DNA of 64,000 bases from Chiloscyllium plagiosum (taxonomy: Eukaryota). Of the stretch, positions 13,290 through 24,599 are shown piece by piece (the first letter of the stretch is position 1; each line of letters starts with the position of its first letter). The DNA lies in the NCBI RefSeq assembly GCF_004010195.1, contig NC_057719.1, forward strand, positions 36,993,417 through 37,057,416. The letters run 5' to 3'. Both the position numbers and the translations under genes were made by a program. Under the pieces are notes generated by a model. It made no database searches and was not told the origin of the DNA. It worked only from the letters and a program-made list of their open reading frames with translations.

Positions 13290-14860
13290 ACCATAAAACC
13301 AGAACATGTAAGAGTAGGAACAGGCCATTCAGCCAATCAAGTCTGCTCTGTCATTCAATGAGATCATGGTATATCTGATAATCCTCAACTCCACTTTCCT
13401 CCATTTCCCCATAACTCTTGATTCCCTTATTGGTTAAAAATCTGTCTGTCTCAGCCTTGAATATACTTAACGACCTAGCCTCAAAAGCCTTCTGTGGTAG
13501 AGATTTCCATAGATGCACTATATTCCTAGAGAAGGAATTCCTTCTCATCTTTGTTTTAAGTGAGTGATCCCTTACTGTGAGATTATGCTCTCTGGTCCTC
13601 GAACTTCCCACATGGGGAAACAACCATTCCACACCTACCCTGATGGAGGTCAAATTTGGGAGGTCAAATGCAAAAGGAAAGTATGCAGTAAATGGCAAGA
13701 TCCTTAGGAGCGTTAATATACAGAGGGATCATGAGGTGCAAATCCATTGCTACCTGAAAGTGACAACATATGTGGATAAGGTGGTAAAGAAGGCATATGA
13801 CATGCTTGCCTTCATTAGTTGGGGCATTGAGTATAAAATTTGGCAATGAAAACACAAATTGCTGAAAAATCTCAGCAGGTCTGGCAGCATCAGTGAAGAG
13901 AAATCAGAGTTAACATTTCGGGTCCAGTGACCCTATCTCAGAACCCGTTAACATTTTGTTTTCGTTTCTGATTTACAGCATCTGCAGTTCTTTCAGTTTT
14001 TATAAAAGTTGGCAAATCTTGCTGCATCTGTGTAAGACTTCAGTTAAGTCACATGTGGAGTGTTGTGTGCAGTTCTGGTTTGGAAAGATGTGGAGGGCTT
14101 GGAGAGGGTGCAAAACAGATTTTACCAAGATGTTGCCTGGGTAAGAATGTATTAGCTTTAGAGAGAGGTTGGACAGCATTGGATTATTTTCACTGGAGTT
14201 TTGATGTCTGAAGGCAACCTGATGAAGTATATAAAATGATGAAGGTATGGATTGGGTGGGTATTCAGAATCTTTGTCCCAGGATGGAAATGTAAAATACT
14301 AGGAGGAATGGGCTTAAGGTGAAAGGGACAAAGTTTAAAGGAGATGTGCGAGGCAACTTTCTACATAGGAGTTGGTAGGTGCCTGGACCACACTGCCAGG
14401 GAAGAAGCAGGGAAGAGCAACATTTAAGAGGCATTTAGACAGGCACATGAGCAGACAGAGAATAGAAGGATATAGATCATGTACAGGAAGATGGGATTAA
14501 GTTAGAATAGCACCATGGTCCGTATGGTCCTGTGCTTTTTGTTCTATGTTCTAAACTCTCTAAGAATCTTAAATGTTTCAATAAGGATGCCTCTTAGTCT
14601 TCTAAAGTCCAACAAGTTTAATGCCATTATATTTGCCTTAGATAAGGGTATACAACTGTGGTCTGCCTTACTGCATTGTATAGTTTTAGCAAGACTTCCC
14701 TATTTTATTACTCTATTTCCTTGGAAATAAAGGTTAATGTTCCATTTGCTTTTCCTATTATCTACTGAACCCTTATGCTAGCTTTTAGTACACGGACCCC
14801 AAAACTCCATGTACTGCAGCTTTCCACAGTCTTTGTCCACTTAAATAACATTCAGCTTCT
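13290..14860. mobile_element. Nested CR1 fragments: minus-strand 3' end, interrupted by a plus-strand CR1 at about 13640-14550
   Basis: ORFs 13351..13698 (-) and 13577..13849 / 13956..14144 (+) carry CR1 RT C-terminal motifs. Confidence 0.8.
13847..14000. mobile_element. Penelope-terminus mini-insertion inside a CR1
   Basis: TSD tataaaa(t/g)ttggcaa (13832-13846, 14001-14015). Decayed hammerhead on the minus strand at 13911-13941. Confidence 0.65.
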
Positions 14861-15372
14861 TGCCAAAAGTAATGGGATGGAGAATGAGGTGGAATGAGAG
14901 GCAATGAGAGGAGAAGGAGCAGAGATAATCCTAAATTTGCTTCCGCTCAGGCAATACTGAGGACTGTATAAGTCAGACTGCATCACAGCAGTATAGACAG
15001 CCAAAAGCACAGGTACATCTGTATATTCTGCAGACTTATATGACAGAAAAATAGTTTAAAAGGATATAAGTTCACAAAAATCTTCTTTTCATCTTCCACA
15101 AACACATTCACCGTGTGTTTGGGAGACCCTTAGAACACTTAGACCCTCTGTTCATGACCAGAAACAGAAGTGGAGTCTTCTAATATGGGGAGGTGATTGT
15201 GCTGCAGCTATGGCACAGTCTGGCTGACCAAGGAGCCTTCCCACTCTCATCACCTTCCACTGGCATATCAGCTTGCCCATCAGTTTGCCTGGTCACATTA
15301 TGATATTCCTTCTATGGCCATCAAGTCCTGAAGTGGAACTTGAATGGAGAGTTTATGGTTAAAAGTTAGGTG

Positions 15373-15589
15373 GAGAAAGTGAGGTCTGCAGATGCTGGAG
15401 ATCAAAGTTGAAACTTTATTGCTGGAACAGCACAGCAGGTCAGGCAGCATCCAGGGAACAGGAGATTCGACGTTTCGGGCACAGGCCCTTCTTCAGGAAT
15501 GGGCCTGAAGAAGGGCCTGTGCCCGAAACGTCGAATCTCCTGTTCCCTGGATGCTGCCTGACCTGCTGTGCTGTTCCAGCAATAAAGTT
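15373..15589. mobile_element. Fold-back Penelope-terminus mini-element with perfect 87-bp inverted arms
   Basis: Arms 15411-15497 and 15504-15590 are exact reverse complements. TSD ttaaaagttaggtg (15359-15372, 15590-15603). Sequence is homologous to the terminus of the PLE at 17965-18087. Confidence 0.9.
15465..15500 (-). ncRNA. Minimal type I hammerhead ribozyme motif (PLE-type)
   Basis: Reads AUUC-CUGAAGA-A-GGGC(CUGU)GCCC-GAAA-CG-UC^GAAU. Stem I AUUC/GAAU, stem II intact, palindromic ACGU stem III. Activity not shown. Confidence 0.7.
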
Positions 15590-16454
15590 TTAAAAGTTAG
15601 GTGTGCTATCACTATGTCACAACATATTTTCTCTTCAGCCCTGCCCGAGGGGGCTGAGAGGAGTTATGTTCATACTAATGTAATGTCTAATGTTGCCTAA
15701 TGCTATACTCCACGTTGCATGCTACCTCCCTCCCACAGTTAGCAGTCCTTTACAGTATATTTTCCTGACATCTTGATTATTCAGCTACAATAGCAAATTT
15801 GATGAATGAATCTTATGATCAAATTATGTTGATAATTTACACTCACTCAATCATCAAATTTGCTATTGTAGCTGACACACAAGTGACACACAGAACAGTC
15901 AACCATTACTGATGATGTTGACTTTTCGTGTGTGAACAGCAGATTTCCTTTAAAGGATCACATCACTTTCAACTTTATAGACTGCTATCAGGACTCAAGT
16001 GGCTACACTGGGCTCTTTTCAAACACTTTTAAATCAGACAGCCCATAGTAACAATAAAAAATACACTTGCAGACAAATACAAAGCATGATCAACCATTTG
16101 AATCATGTCAAATGATTAAAGCATCTGAATTCTTGCAGGGTTGGAATACTATTCACAAAAACCCTCTAAAAGTAGCTGAAAATTACACCTTTAAACAAGT
16201 GGTTCAATACACCACTGAGTAGTACAGGTGATTACCATTAAATATTCTTGCTTTGAATAAATAAGGTTTGGTGATAAAATGAATAAATCATTTGATGTTT
16301 GGTGAAAATATCTTTTTTTTTATTGACAAATAACTGGGTTTAAAGATTGTATTTTGTGAGGAAAGAGTCTGAAGGGTATGATCAGTGAGATTAATTTAAT
16401 ATTGCTTAAGCAAAACGTCAGCACAAGCATTATAGATTGAACAGTTACTAATTT

Positions 16455-18087
16455 GTTTCCCCGGCTCCCAATGCCTCATCTTCACCATGGACATCCAGTC
16501 CCTGCACACATTGTCTGCCATGATGAAGGTCTCCAAGTCTTCCGTTTCTTCCTCTCACACTGTCCCAACCAATATCCTTCCACCGACACCCTTATCCACC
16601 TGGCTGAACTGATCCTTATCCTTAACAACTTCTCCTTCCAATCCTCCCACTTCCTCCAAACCAAAAGGGTAGCCAAGGGCACCCACATGGGGTTCAGCTA
16701 TGCCTGCCTGTTTGTCGGATGTGTGGAACCGTCCATCTTCCGCAGTTATACCAGCACCACTACCCCATTGATGTTCCTCCGCTACATCAATGATTGTATC
16801 GGTGCCAACTCGTGCTCCCGCGAAGTTCATCAACTTTACCAATACCTTCCAACCTGATTTCAAATTCACCTTGTCCAGCTGAGAAACCTCTCTCCCCTTC
16901 CTGGACCTCTCCATTCACAATCTCTGGTGACCGACTAACCACAGGCATATACTACAAGCCCACCGACTCCCACAACTACCTAGACTACACCTCCTCCCAG
17001 CCTACCTCCTGTAAAAACTCAATCTCTTATTCCCAACTCCTCCACCGCATCAGTTCCCAAGATCACCAGTTCCACCTCAAAGTCCCAGATGGCCTCCTTC
17101 TTCCACAATTGCAACTTCCCTTCCCACACAGTTAATGATCAGGGCATCTCCTCCACTTCACGCACCACCACCCTTGAACTCCATCCCTCCCAATGCAACA
17201 AAGATAGAACCCTACGGCCCTCACCTTCCACCCCAACAACCTCTGCCTACAACCCATCATCCTCCATCACCTCCAAACGGACGCCACCACCAGAGATATA
17301 TTTCCCTCCCCACCCCTATCAGTGTTCCGAAAAGACTATTCCCTCCGCGAATCCCTCGTCAGGTCCACACCCCACACCAGCCCACACCCCACTCCTGGCA
17401 CAGTTCTCTGCCACGGCAGGACGTGCACAACCTGTGCCCACACCACTCCCCTCACCTCCATCCAAGGCCCCAAGGGATCCTTTCATATCCATCAGAAATT
17501 TACCTGTATCTCTACCAATGTCATCTACTGCATCCATTGCACCCGGTGTGGTCTCCTCTACATTGCGAATCATTTCAGAGAACATCTCTGGGACATCTGC
17601 ACCAACCAACCCCACCGCCCTGTGGCTGAACACTTCAACTCCCCCTCCCACTCCGTCAAGGACATGCAAGTCCTGGGCCTCCACCACCGCCAAACTGTTA
17701 CCACCGACGCCTGGAGGAAGAAAGCCTCATATTCCGCCTTGAGACCCTGTAAATGTGGATTTCAACAGCTTCCTCATTTCTCCTCCCCCCACATTATCCC
17801 AGTCCCAAGTCTCGAACTCGGCACCACCCTCTGGACCTGTCCATAACTTTCCTCTCTGACCTATCACCTTCGCCCTCACCTTCATTCACCTATCGCTTTC
17901 TCAGCTACCTTTCCACAAACCCAAACCCCCTCCCATTTATCTCTCAGCCCTGACCCACAAGCCTCATTCCTGATGAAGGGCTTATGCCCGATTGTCCTGC
18001 TCCTCGGATGCTGCCTGACCTGCTGTGCTTTTCCAGCACTACATTCTCGACTCTGATCTCCAGCATCTGCAGTCCTCACTTTCTCCC
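16455..18087 (+). mobile_element. Penelope-like retrotransposon, 5'-truncated and decayed (RT + GIY-YIG endonuclease + terminal repeat)
   Basis: RT motifs LILNNFSF..FLQTKRVAKGTHMG, FLRYIND and YYKPTDSHNYLDY. GIY-YIG-like NVIYCIHCTRCGLLYI...FREH...VAEHFN. Terminal repeat has ctgatgaagggcttatgccc. Confidence 0.9.
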
Positions 18088-19259
18088 TATGATAAGTTGG
18101 ACAACTTCTTACAAGCCTTCATTAATTCCACTTTGTCTCTCACTATTTCAAAAAGTATTGTATGTTTCTTTTCACTGCCAATAAATACAATATTTTAACA
18201 TTTTCATTAAAGATATGCAATAATGATCTTTGTCAGAAATCCTTTTTTCTTTATACAGTATGTTTAACTTGCAAGCTGGCTGTGCTGTTGTGGGATTTGA
18301 GCACTTGCTAAAAACGTTCACGTGACAATATTAGCATTATACTGAAAATGCCAAGAAATAGGTTCATAATCTGCCTCTACATTATCATATTGCCATATTT
18401 TCAATATTTTGTAGAATACAAAAGTGGTTCATAAAATTTATAGTGTTAACATATAATTTTCCAAATTAAAAAAACATCCATCACTTTTGAAAATGTTGAC
18501 CAACCTGTTATAAGATACATTGACAGCAAAAATTACTGGTGTGCCCTAACTCTTCATTTATGTTTTCTGACACTTATTTGCATGCCAACCAATACAAATG
18601 TCCAACACGGAAATGAGTGATAACTTCTGCTGTGATTTTGGAACATTAGGTCTTCTGTGATTATCAACATACAGCATGAACATGTACTGCTATGTGGTAA
18701 CACTGATGGTATCATAACTCTATTGTTTCAATAGTAACACAATACTGACAGTAATTTTACAAAGCTAGTCTGTATTAATGCTAACAGCTACACTGCTCAA
18801 CAGACAGCAATAATATTGGCATTTTATTGATAGTTATATCCGTTAGCTTTCGTGCCCCACCAAAGACATATCCTCAACTCTCATCTATGTACTGTCTTTC
18901 AGCAATATCATTTCAGAACACAGAGCAAGCTTCGTCATCTATGCTAATGACACTGAATTATTTGGGCTAAATCTTAGCATATTTTGGCAAAGTGTTATTT
19001 TTATTAGGTTTCAAGGAGGGTCCCTCTCTACGAGGTCTAGTGAGTATTCTTGGGGTATTGTCCCAAACACACCTCATTAACCACCTGCCACTTCCCTATG
19101 GTGCCCCTCTCACCTGAGAACTTAATTTTCTCAATGACTGCAACTGAAAGAATGGAAGCACATGCTATTGATCTCATATCCTGTGATCCCTGGCATCACC
19201 AACATCTTTAAAAGATTGTGCACCTGCTCAAGTACCATTAGTCTCTAGCTGTATTACAT

Positions 19260-19870
19260 ATTTCCTGCGGCCGTAGCAGGGAAGAGAAAATTGGTACTTC
19301 ACTTTGTGGACAGGCACCTGGAGGGCCGGATGATCAGAGGAGGGATGTTCACTTCACATAGGACAGGTAGAGGTAGCCACAACACCAGACCCCGCCAGCT
19401 TGGTTCGAGGTTGCCATCAGAGTTTGTGCAGTCTGGAGGAGTGCCCAGCAATGTAGGAAGAGGTCAACAACCTTCTGTGTTCCTCCAGGATAAGTATTGC
19501 CATCTTCACACTGCTACTGCACACTCATTCTGTCTCTCCACCCATAAGCAATCAAAGCTCATGATCCATCACTTTCACTACTATATGCAACATTTTCCCT
19601 CGCTCGGTTCTACAATCCGAAATCACCCACATCACTAAACCTACTTGGCCTCTGCACTGTCTACTCACTCAATCGCCACACCTCCCCACCTTCCCCCACC
19701 ATGTGTAATACCAGCTCTGCTGGACACTTTTGTCTCTCTTAATCCCTCTTTTTCTCTCATTCCAGGATAAACAGTGCACAGTAGGGCAGAAACAGCAAGG
19801 TCAGTTGGTGGGCTTCTCAACGTTTGGCTTCTCACTTGTTATAAGGAGATGATCTGGGCCTTAACTACCC
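19260..19870 (+). mobile_element. Decayed Myb/SANT-like gene fragment, probably from a PIF/Harbinger-type DNA transposon
   Basis: Broken frames give GKRKLVLHFVDRHLE, AWFEVAIRV and WRSAQQCRKR. A second segment after cattccag resembles HNR..ARTGGG..LT.YEE. Family assignment is from recall. Confidence 0.45.
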
Positions 19871-20233
19871 CCAACCAGCTGAATGACTGTGTCTAAGCCT
19901 CTAGACTGATACCTATTGCTGTTCTTGACTAACTGTGCCAGGAACTCCTGACTAAAAGCTGTCTCCCTGGATTTGACGAAACAGCATTCCACTTTAATTT
20001 TGAAACCACATTATTAACTTCAAGCCAAATGGTTCAAAGGGGACTGGAGGAGGATATGCCAAGAGGAGCACCAGGCATACCTAAAAGATTAGATGTCAGC
20101 CAAATGAGGCTACCAAACATGCATGCCAAACAGCAGAAACAACAAGTGATAGACAGTAGCTAAGCAATCCCATAACTACTGGATCAGATCTAACTCTGCA
20201 GTCCTGCCACATCCAGTCATGAATGGTGGTGAT

Positions 20234-20356
20234 GAAGGGCTTTTGCCCGAAACGTCGATTTTGCTGCTCGTCGGATGCTGCCTGAATTGCTGTGCTCTTC
20301 CAGCACCACTGATCCAGAATCTGGTTTCCAGCATCTGCAGTCATTGTTTTTACCTC
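20234..20356 (+). mobile_element. Single-arm Penelope-terminus insertion
   Basis: TSD aatggtggtgat (20222-20233, 20357-20368). Begins inside the hammerhead core tgatgaagggcttttgcccgaaacgtc. Confidence 0.8.
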
Positions 20357-20702
20357 AATGGTGGTGATCAATCAAACATCTAACTGGAGGGGGAGACTCT
20401 ACAAATATCCCCATGTTCAATGATGGAAACGACTAACACATCAGTGCAAAAGACAAGACTGAAGCATTCACAGTATTCTTTAGACAGAAATACCAAGTGG
20501 ATGATCCACTTCAGCCTCCTCCAGGTCTCTAGAATCTCAGACACGAGTCTTCAGCCAAACTGATATTAAGAAGTGGTTGGAGGGACTGGATACCATAAAG
20601 GCCATGGGGCCCTAACAACATTCTAGCAACAGTACTGAATTATGCTCCAGGATTTGCAGTTCCCTTAGCCAAGCTGTTCCAGCTTACCTGCAATACTGGT
20701 AT

Positions 20703-21020
20703 GCAGCACGGTGGCTCAGTGGTTAGCACTGCTGCCTCAGAGCACCCCAGATTCAATTCCAGCCTCGGGTGACTGCCTGTGTGGAGTTTGCACATTCTCC
20801 CCGTGTCTGTGTGGGTTTCCTCCAGGTGCTCCGGCTTCCTCCCACAGTCCAAAGATATGCAGGTTAGGTGAATTGGCAATGCTGAATTGCCCATAGTGTT
20901 AGGTGCATTAGTCAGGGGTAAATGTAGGGGAATGGGTCTGGGTGGGTTGGTCTTCGGAGGGTCGTTGTGGACTTATTGGGCCGAAGGGCCTGTTTCCACA
21001 CTGTAGGGAATCTAATCTAA
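20703..21020 (+). mobile_element. tRNA-derived SINE (V-SINE/HE1-like)
   Basis: Head gcacggtggctcagtggttagcactgctgcctca, body gtgtggagtttgcacattctccccgtg, CR1-like tail ending (tctaa)n. Further copies at ~36975-37285 (+), 47120-47470 (-), 52700-52990 (-) and 58935-59215 (+). Confidence 0.85.
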
Positions 21021-23916
21021 TATAACCAACAATATGAAAAATTGCCCAGGTGTGTCCTATACACAAAAGGCAAGACAAATCCAATCAGTCTACTCTTGAT
21101 CATCAGTAAAGTGATGGAAGATGTTATCAGCAGCACCTGCTCAGCAATAATCTGCTCATTCACGTCCAGATAGCGTTCCGTCAGGACCACTCAGCTCCTG
21201 ACCTCATTACAGCCTTGGTTCAAACCTGGACAAAAGAGGTGAGGTGACAATGACAGTCCTTGACATCAAGGCTGCAGTTGACAGAGTGTGGCATTAGGGA
21301 GCCTGAGCAGAACTGGAATCAATGGGAATCAGAGTGAAAACTCTCTGCTGGTCGGACCCATGTCAGCTTATAGGAAGATGGTTGTGGTTATTGGAGATCA
21401 ATAATCTCCATTCCAGGACATCTTTTCAGGAGTTCTTCAGGGCAGTGTCCTTTACCCAACCACCTTCAGCTGCTTTATCAATGGCCTTCCCTCCATCATA
21501 AGGTCAGAAGTGGAGATGTTTGCAGATGATTGTGCTATGTTCAGCATCATTCGTGACTCCTCAGATACTGAAGCAACTTATGTTAAATATGATATTTTTG
21601 CCACATTAATAACATGTAGCGACCATCTCACCACTGCCCCTTGACACTTAATGACACTTCGATTACTGAATATCCTGCTATCAATACCCTGGGGGCTACC
21701 AATGACCAGAAATTGAACTGGACCAGATGTAAATACAATGGCTACTAAAACAGATCGGAGACTAAGAATATTGCAGTGAGTAACTCACCTTCTAACTCCC
21801 CTCCACATGGTGCAGGTGCTATGTATGACACGTAGCACTATCCACCCCTTGACTGATTACTGTTGACAACCACAGCAAGCTGCCTGGCTTTGTGCCTACA
21901 TTAAGAGACAATTCAGGACACAAGTACCATGCACCTGTTAGCCACAGCTGAGGGAGCAAAACACGAAAAGGGAAAGCAGAGATGCTGGGAGTATCCAGAT
22001 TGATGCTAAATGAGTGAGCTCGAAAAAAATGCAAGCAAGCGTCTCTGTTCACAAACTGTCCTTGAATCGGCATTAAAGTACAAAAACATCCATAAGTGGA
22101 TTGGATGTGTATTGTGATGATGTAGAGAGGCTGGCATCTGTTGGATGCCAATACCCATGGATGTAGGGTATGTAGTTGCTGCTGCCCATGGAGTGTGCCC
22201 TGATTTGTTGGTATTGCATATTGAAGACGGAGATCCAGATGAGCAAGCAGCAAGCTGAAGTTTCTTGGGAATTACTCTGATTTTCAATTATGAGGTTTCT
22301 TATTTTCTATCTGGTGGGTAGTCGAATAGGAGCGTGCATATTAGCAAGGCAACACAATGTAATAATGATGATGATAATGAGTAATAATCCCCTTTAATAG
22401 GACTCTCACTGTTCACTAGTGAGAATCTTGGCTTAATGTCCAGAACTTAGATGGAAAATGCAACTTGTTGTTCCCAATGTCGAGAAAGATCTTGCTTCAC
22501 TTCTCACATAATTTTCCCACATTTCTCATGATAGCTCACATCATTCAAGGCCTGGCAGTCTCTATATTATCATCCTCTCAGATGAGCTGAGACAGGGTGA
22601 ATAGCCTATATATCAGAGGTGGAAATTGGCGGACATAGTGGTAGCATACATGTGTGATCAGAACTTCATCATGGTGTGAAACCTGGCACCAAAATTTTGA
22701 AAATTCTGATTCACTTAAAGGCTGCTTCCAACAAATAGGCAGTGGCTAGGAAACAAAGTCAGAAACGACAACGGTTTTAGCTTTCCCAATATTAGACACT
22801 GCAAATTTATGCTCATCCAGTACTGGTTGTTGGAAAACAGTGTGACAATTTTGAGACATTAATGTAGTTGAGATTGATGATAATAAGCCAGCACTGCATA
22901 TTGTCAACATAGATGGAGAAGCTTATGCTGGGTGATGTAATAGTGCTCCTAAAAGGTAGAACATAAGAGGGAGTCGAAGATTGATGCTTGGGGGCATGAG
23001 AAGTAACAGCGAGGGATATAAATATCAACACAAATGCAAATAATACTACTACCTTTGCACCAATGAGCAATGTAGCTGTTAGCATTTGCACATACTAACT
23101 TAGTAATGTTACTATCAGTATCTAGTTACTCTCAGAGCAGTGGGGTTATGTTACTGTCAGTGTTGGCACGTGGAGATGTTAGTGTTACTCCCTGTGTTAG
23201 TACACAACAGAAGAGTTTATGTTACTACATTACAGCAGAGGGCACCATTCATTTCAGCATTTGAACACTTGGTTAAAACGTACATAAGTGTCAGAAAACA
23301 TAAATAAAAGAATATCACCATCTGTGTTAGGACACACCAGTAATTATTGCTGTCAATACACCTTTTGACAAATACAGCATCTCATTATGGAGTCAAATTT
23401 TGCTTTTTGTGCTCCTTTTAGTATTAAAGGACATTTTACTGAGTTAAAGTGCTAAACAATTATAAACTATCATTGTTCCACGCCTACTGACAGCTTTAAA
23501 TACCCACAAGAATTCATTCCAATAATAGATAGCAATTTTTGTTGGTGGGGGAGGGTAAGAATATTGAAATTCAACTGCCTACTCAGGCATTGTAGCTGAA
23601 TGGGACATCTTTTCCACTCGACTTCACTGAGCTGATATGCTGCCATCTGTTTTGCATCCAAGCCATTATTGCATTTTGCCCTGGGTGGCTTAGGAATTTG
23701 ACCAGTGCACCACACAGGTATGAAGTATTTGCTTCATGCCATGTCAGACTGGTTTACGTGACTGTATATAATCTAACCTAAAACTTTAGAATATGTTATT
23801 TTTGAGGTGTGCCATTTCAACAACGTCCCTGGAAAGGTCTTTAGGGAAACTGATTTGAAGCGGTGACACTCAGGAGTGTGACAAAATGCAAATAAATGTT
23901 GCTAAGCAAGACTCAC

Positions 23917-23975
23917 CAGACATGGAAGCTCGTCGTTCTCTTTCCATTTGTTCATGGCGTTGTTCCATCAGTTGC
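23917..23975 (-). CDS. EVL: Ena/VASP-like exon: (R)QLMEQRHEQMERERRASMS, with the RRxS PKA site
   Basis: tttttttag|G CAA CTG...ATG TCT G|gtgagt; 59 nt, phase 2 to 1. ERRAS corresponds to EVL ERRTS and VASP ERRVS. No LERER repeat, which argues against ENAH. Confidence 0.9.
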
Positions 23976-24599
23976 CTAAAAAAAATTTTTTCAAAACTAT
24001 TACAGAGATGTATTATCTTGATGTTCCTGTGAATCAATTTTTTGTTAAACAAATAAACAAACTTTGACTCAATACAAAAACAACATGGGTAACATGAACC
24101 AAATATGCTTGGTAAATCTTAGCACCAAATAAATCTTTATTTACATTATTCAAGGGTTTCAAGACATACACAAAATTAATATCTTGTATTGACACTTAAA
24201 ACACACTGCTTTGAGTTTCATCAGAGAGGAAAAAGTCAACTTTTCAAATCATAACAGAAACTTTTCGGGATTATTTCAATTTTCAAAAGGAAAATAATGT
24301 TAACATGGTATAGTACTTCAAAGCTACATTCTATTTTGCCCTTCAAACTTCCCCACTTTGGGGAATACACAAATACTGCAGTGACATTTCCACTCACGTC
24401 ATCACTGCCTGGATGATAATGTGGAACTGATCACCAGCTTGTTGTAGAATCTGTGCAAATTTCAATTGATTGAAAACAATTGAATACATACCGGGTTGGT
24501 TCTAGGATGGATCAAAACCCTATTCTGAGAGATTATATTTCAAGTACTGAAGACAAAAATCAATCCACATTTCTCCTTCTTTGACCTATCTGGATCAAA

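Larger units (their letters stand above)
20100..21800 (+). mobile_element. Decayed LINE RT region (CR1/L2 group) carrying a SINE and a PLE mini-insertion
   Basis: KAMGP, LLLIISKVME, LDIKAAVDRVWH, GVLQGSVL.PT.FSCFIN and MFADDC remnants. A related copy lies at 37540-39800. Confidence 0.8.

Noticed and set aside
15408..15593. Recurring short ORFs such as CWKSTAGQAAS / MLPDLLCFSS as a peptide family
   Set aside because: They are incidental translations of the Penelope terminal repeat.
17089..17742. 217-aa Pro/Ser/Thr-rich ORF (also 38454..39041 and 43122..43754)
   Set aside because: Alternative or antisense frames of PLE or CR1 sequence.
20703..20770. tRNA gene
   Set aside because: A/B-box head of a SINE with no complete cloverleaf.
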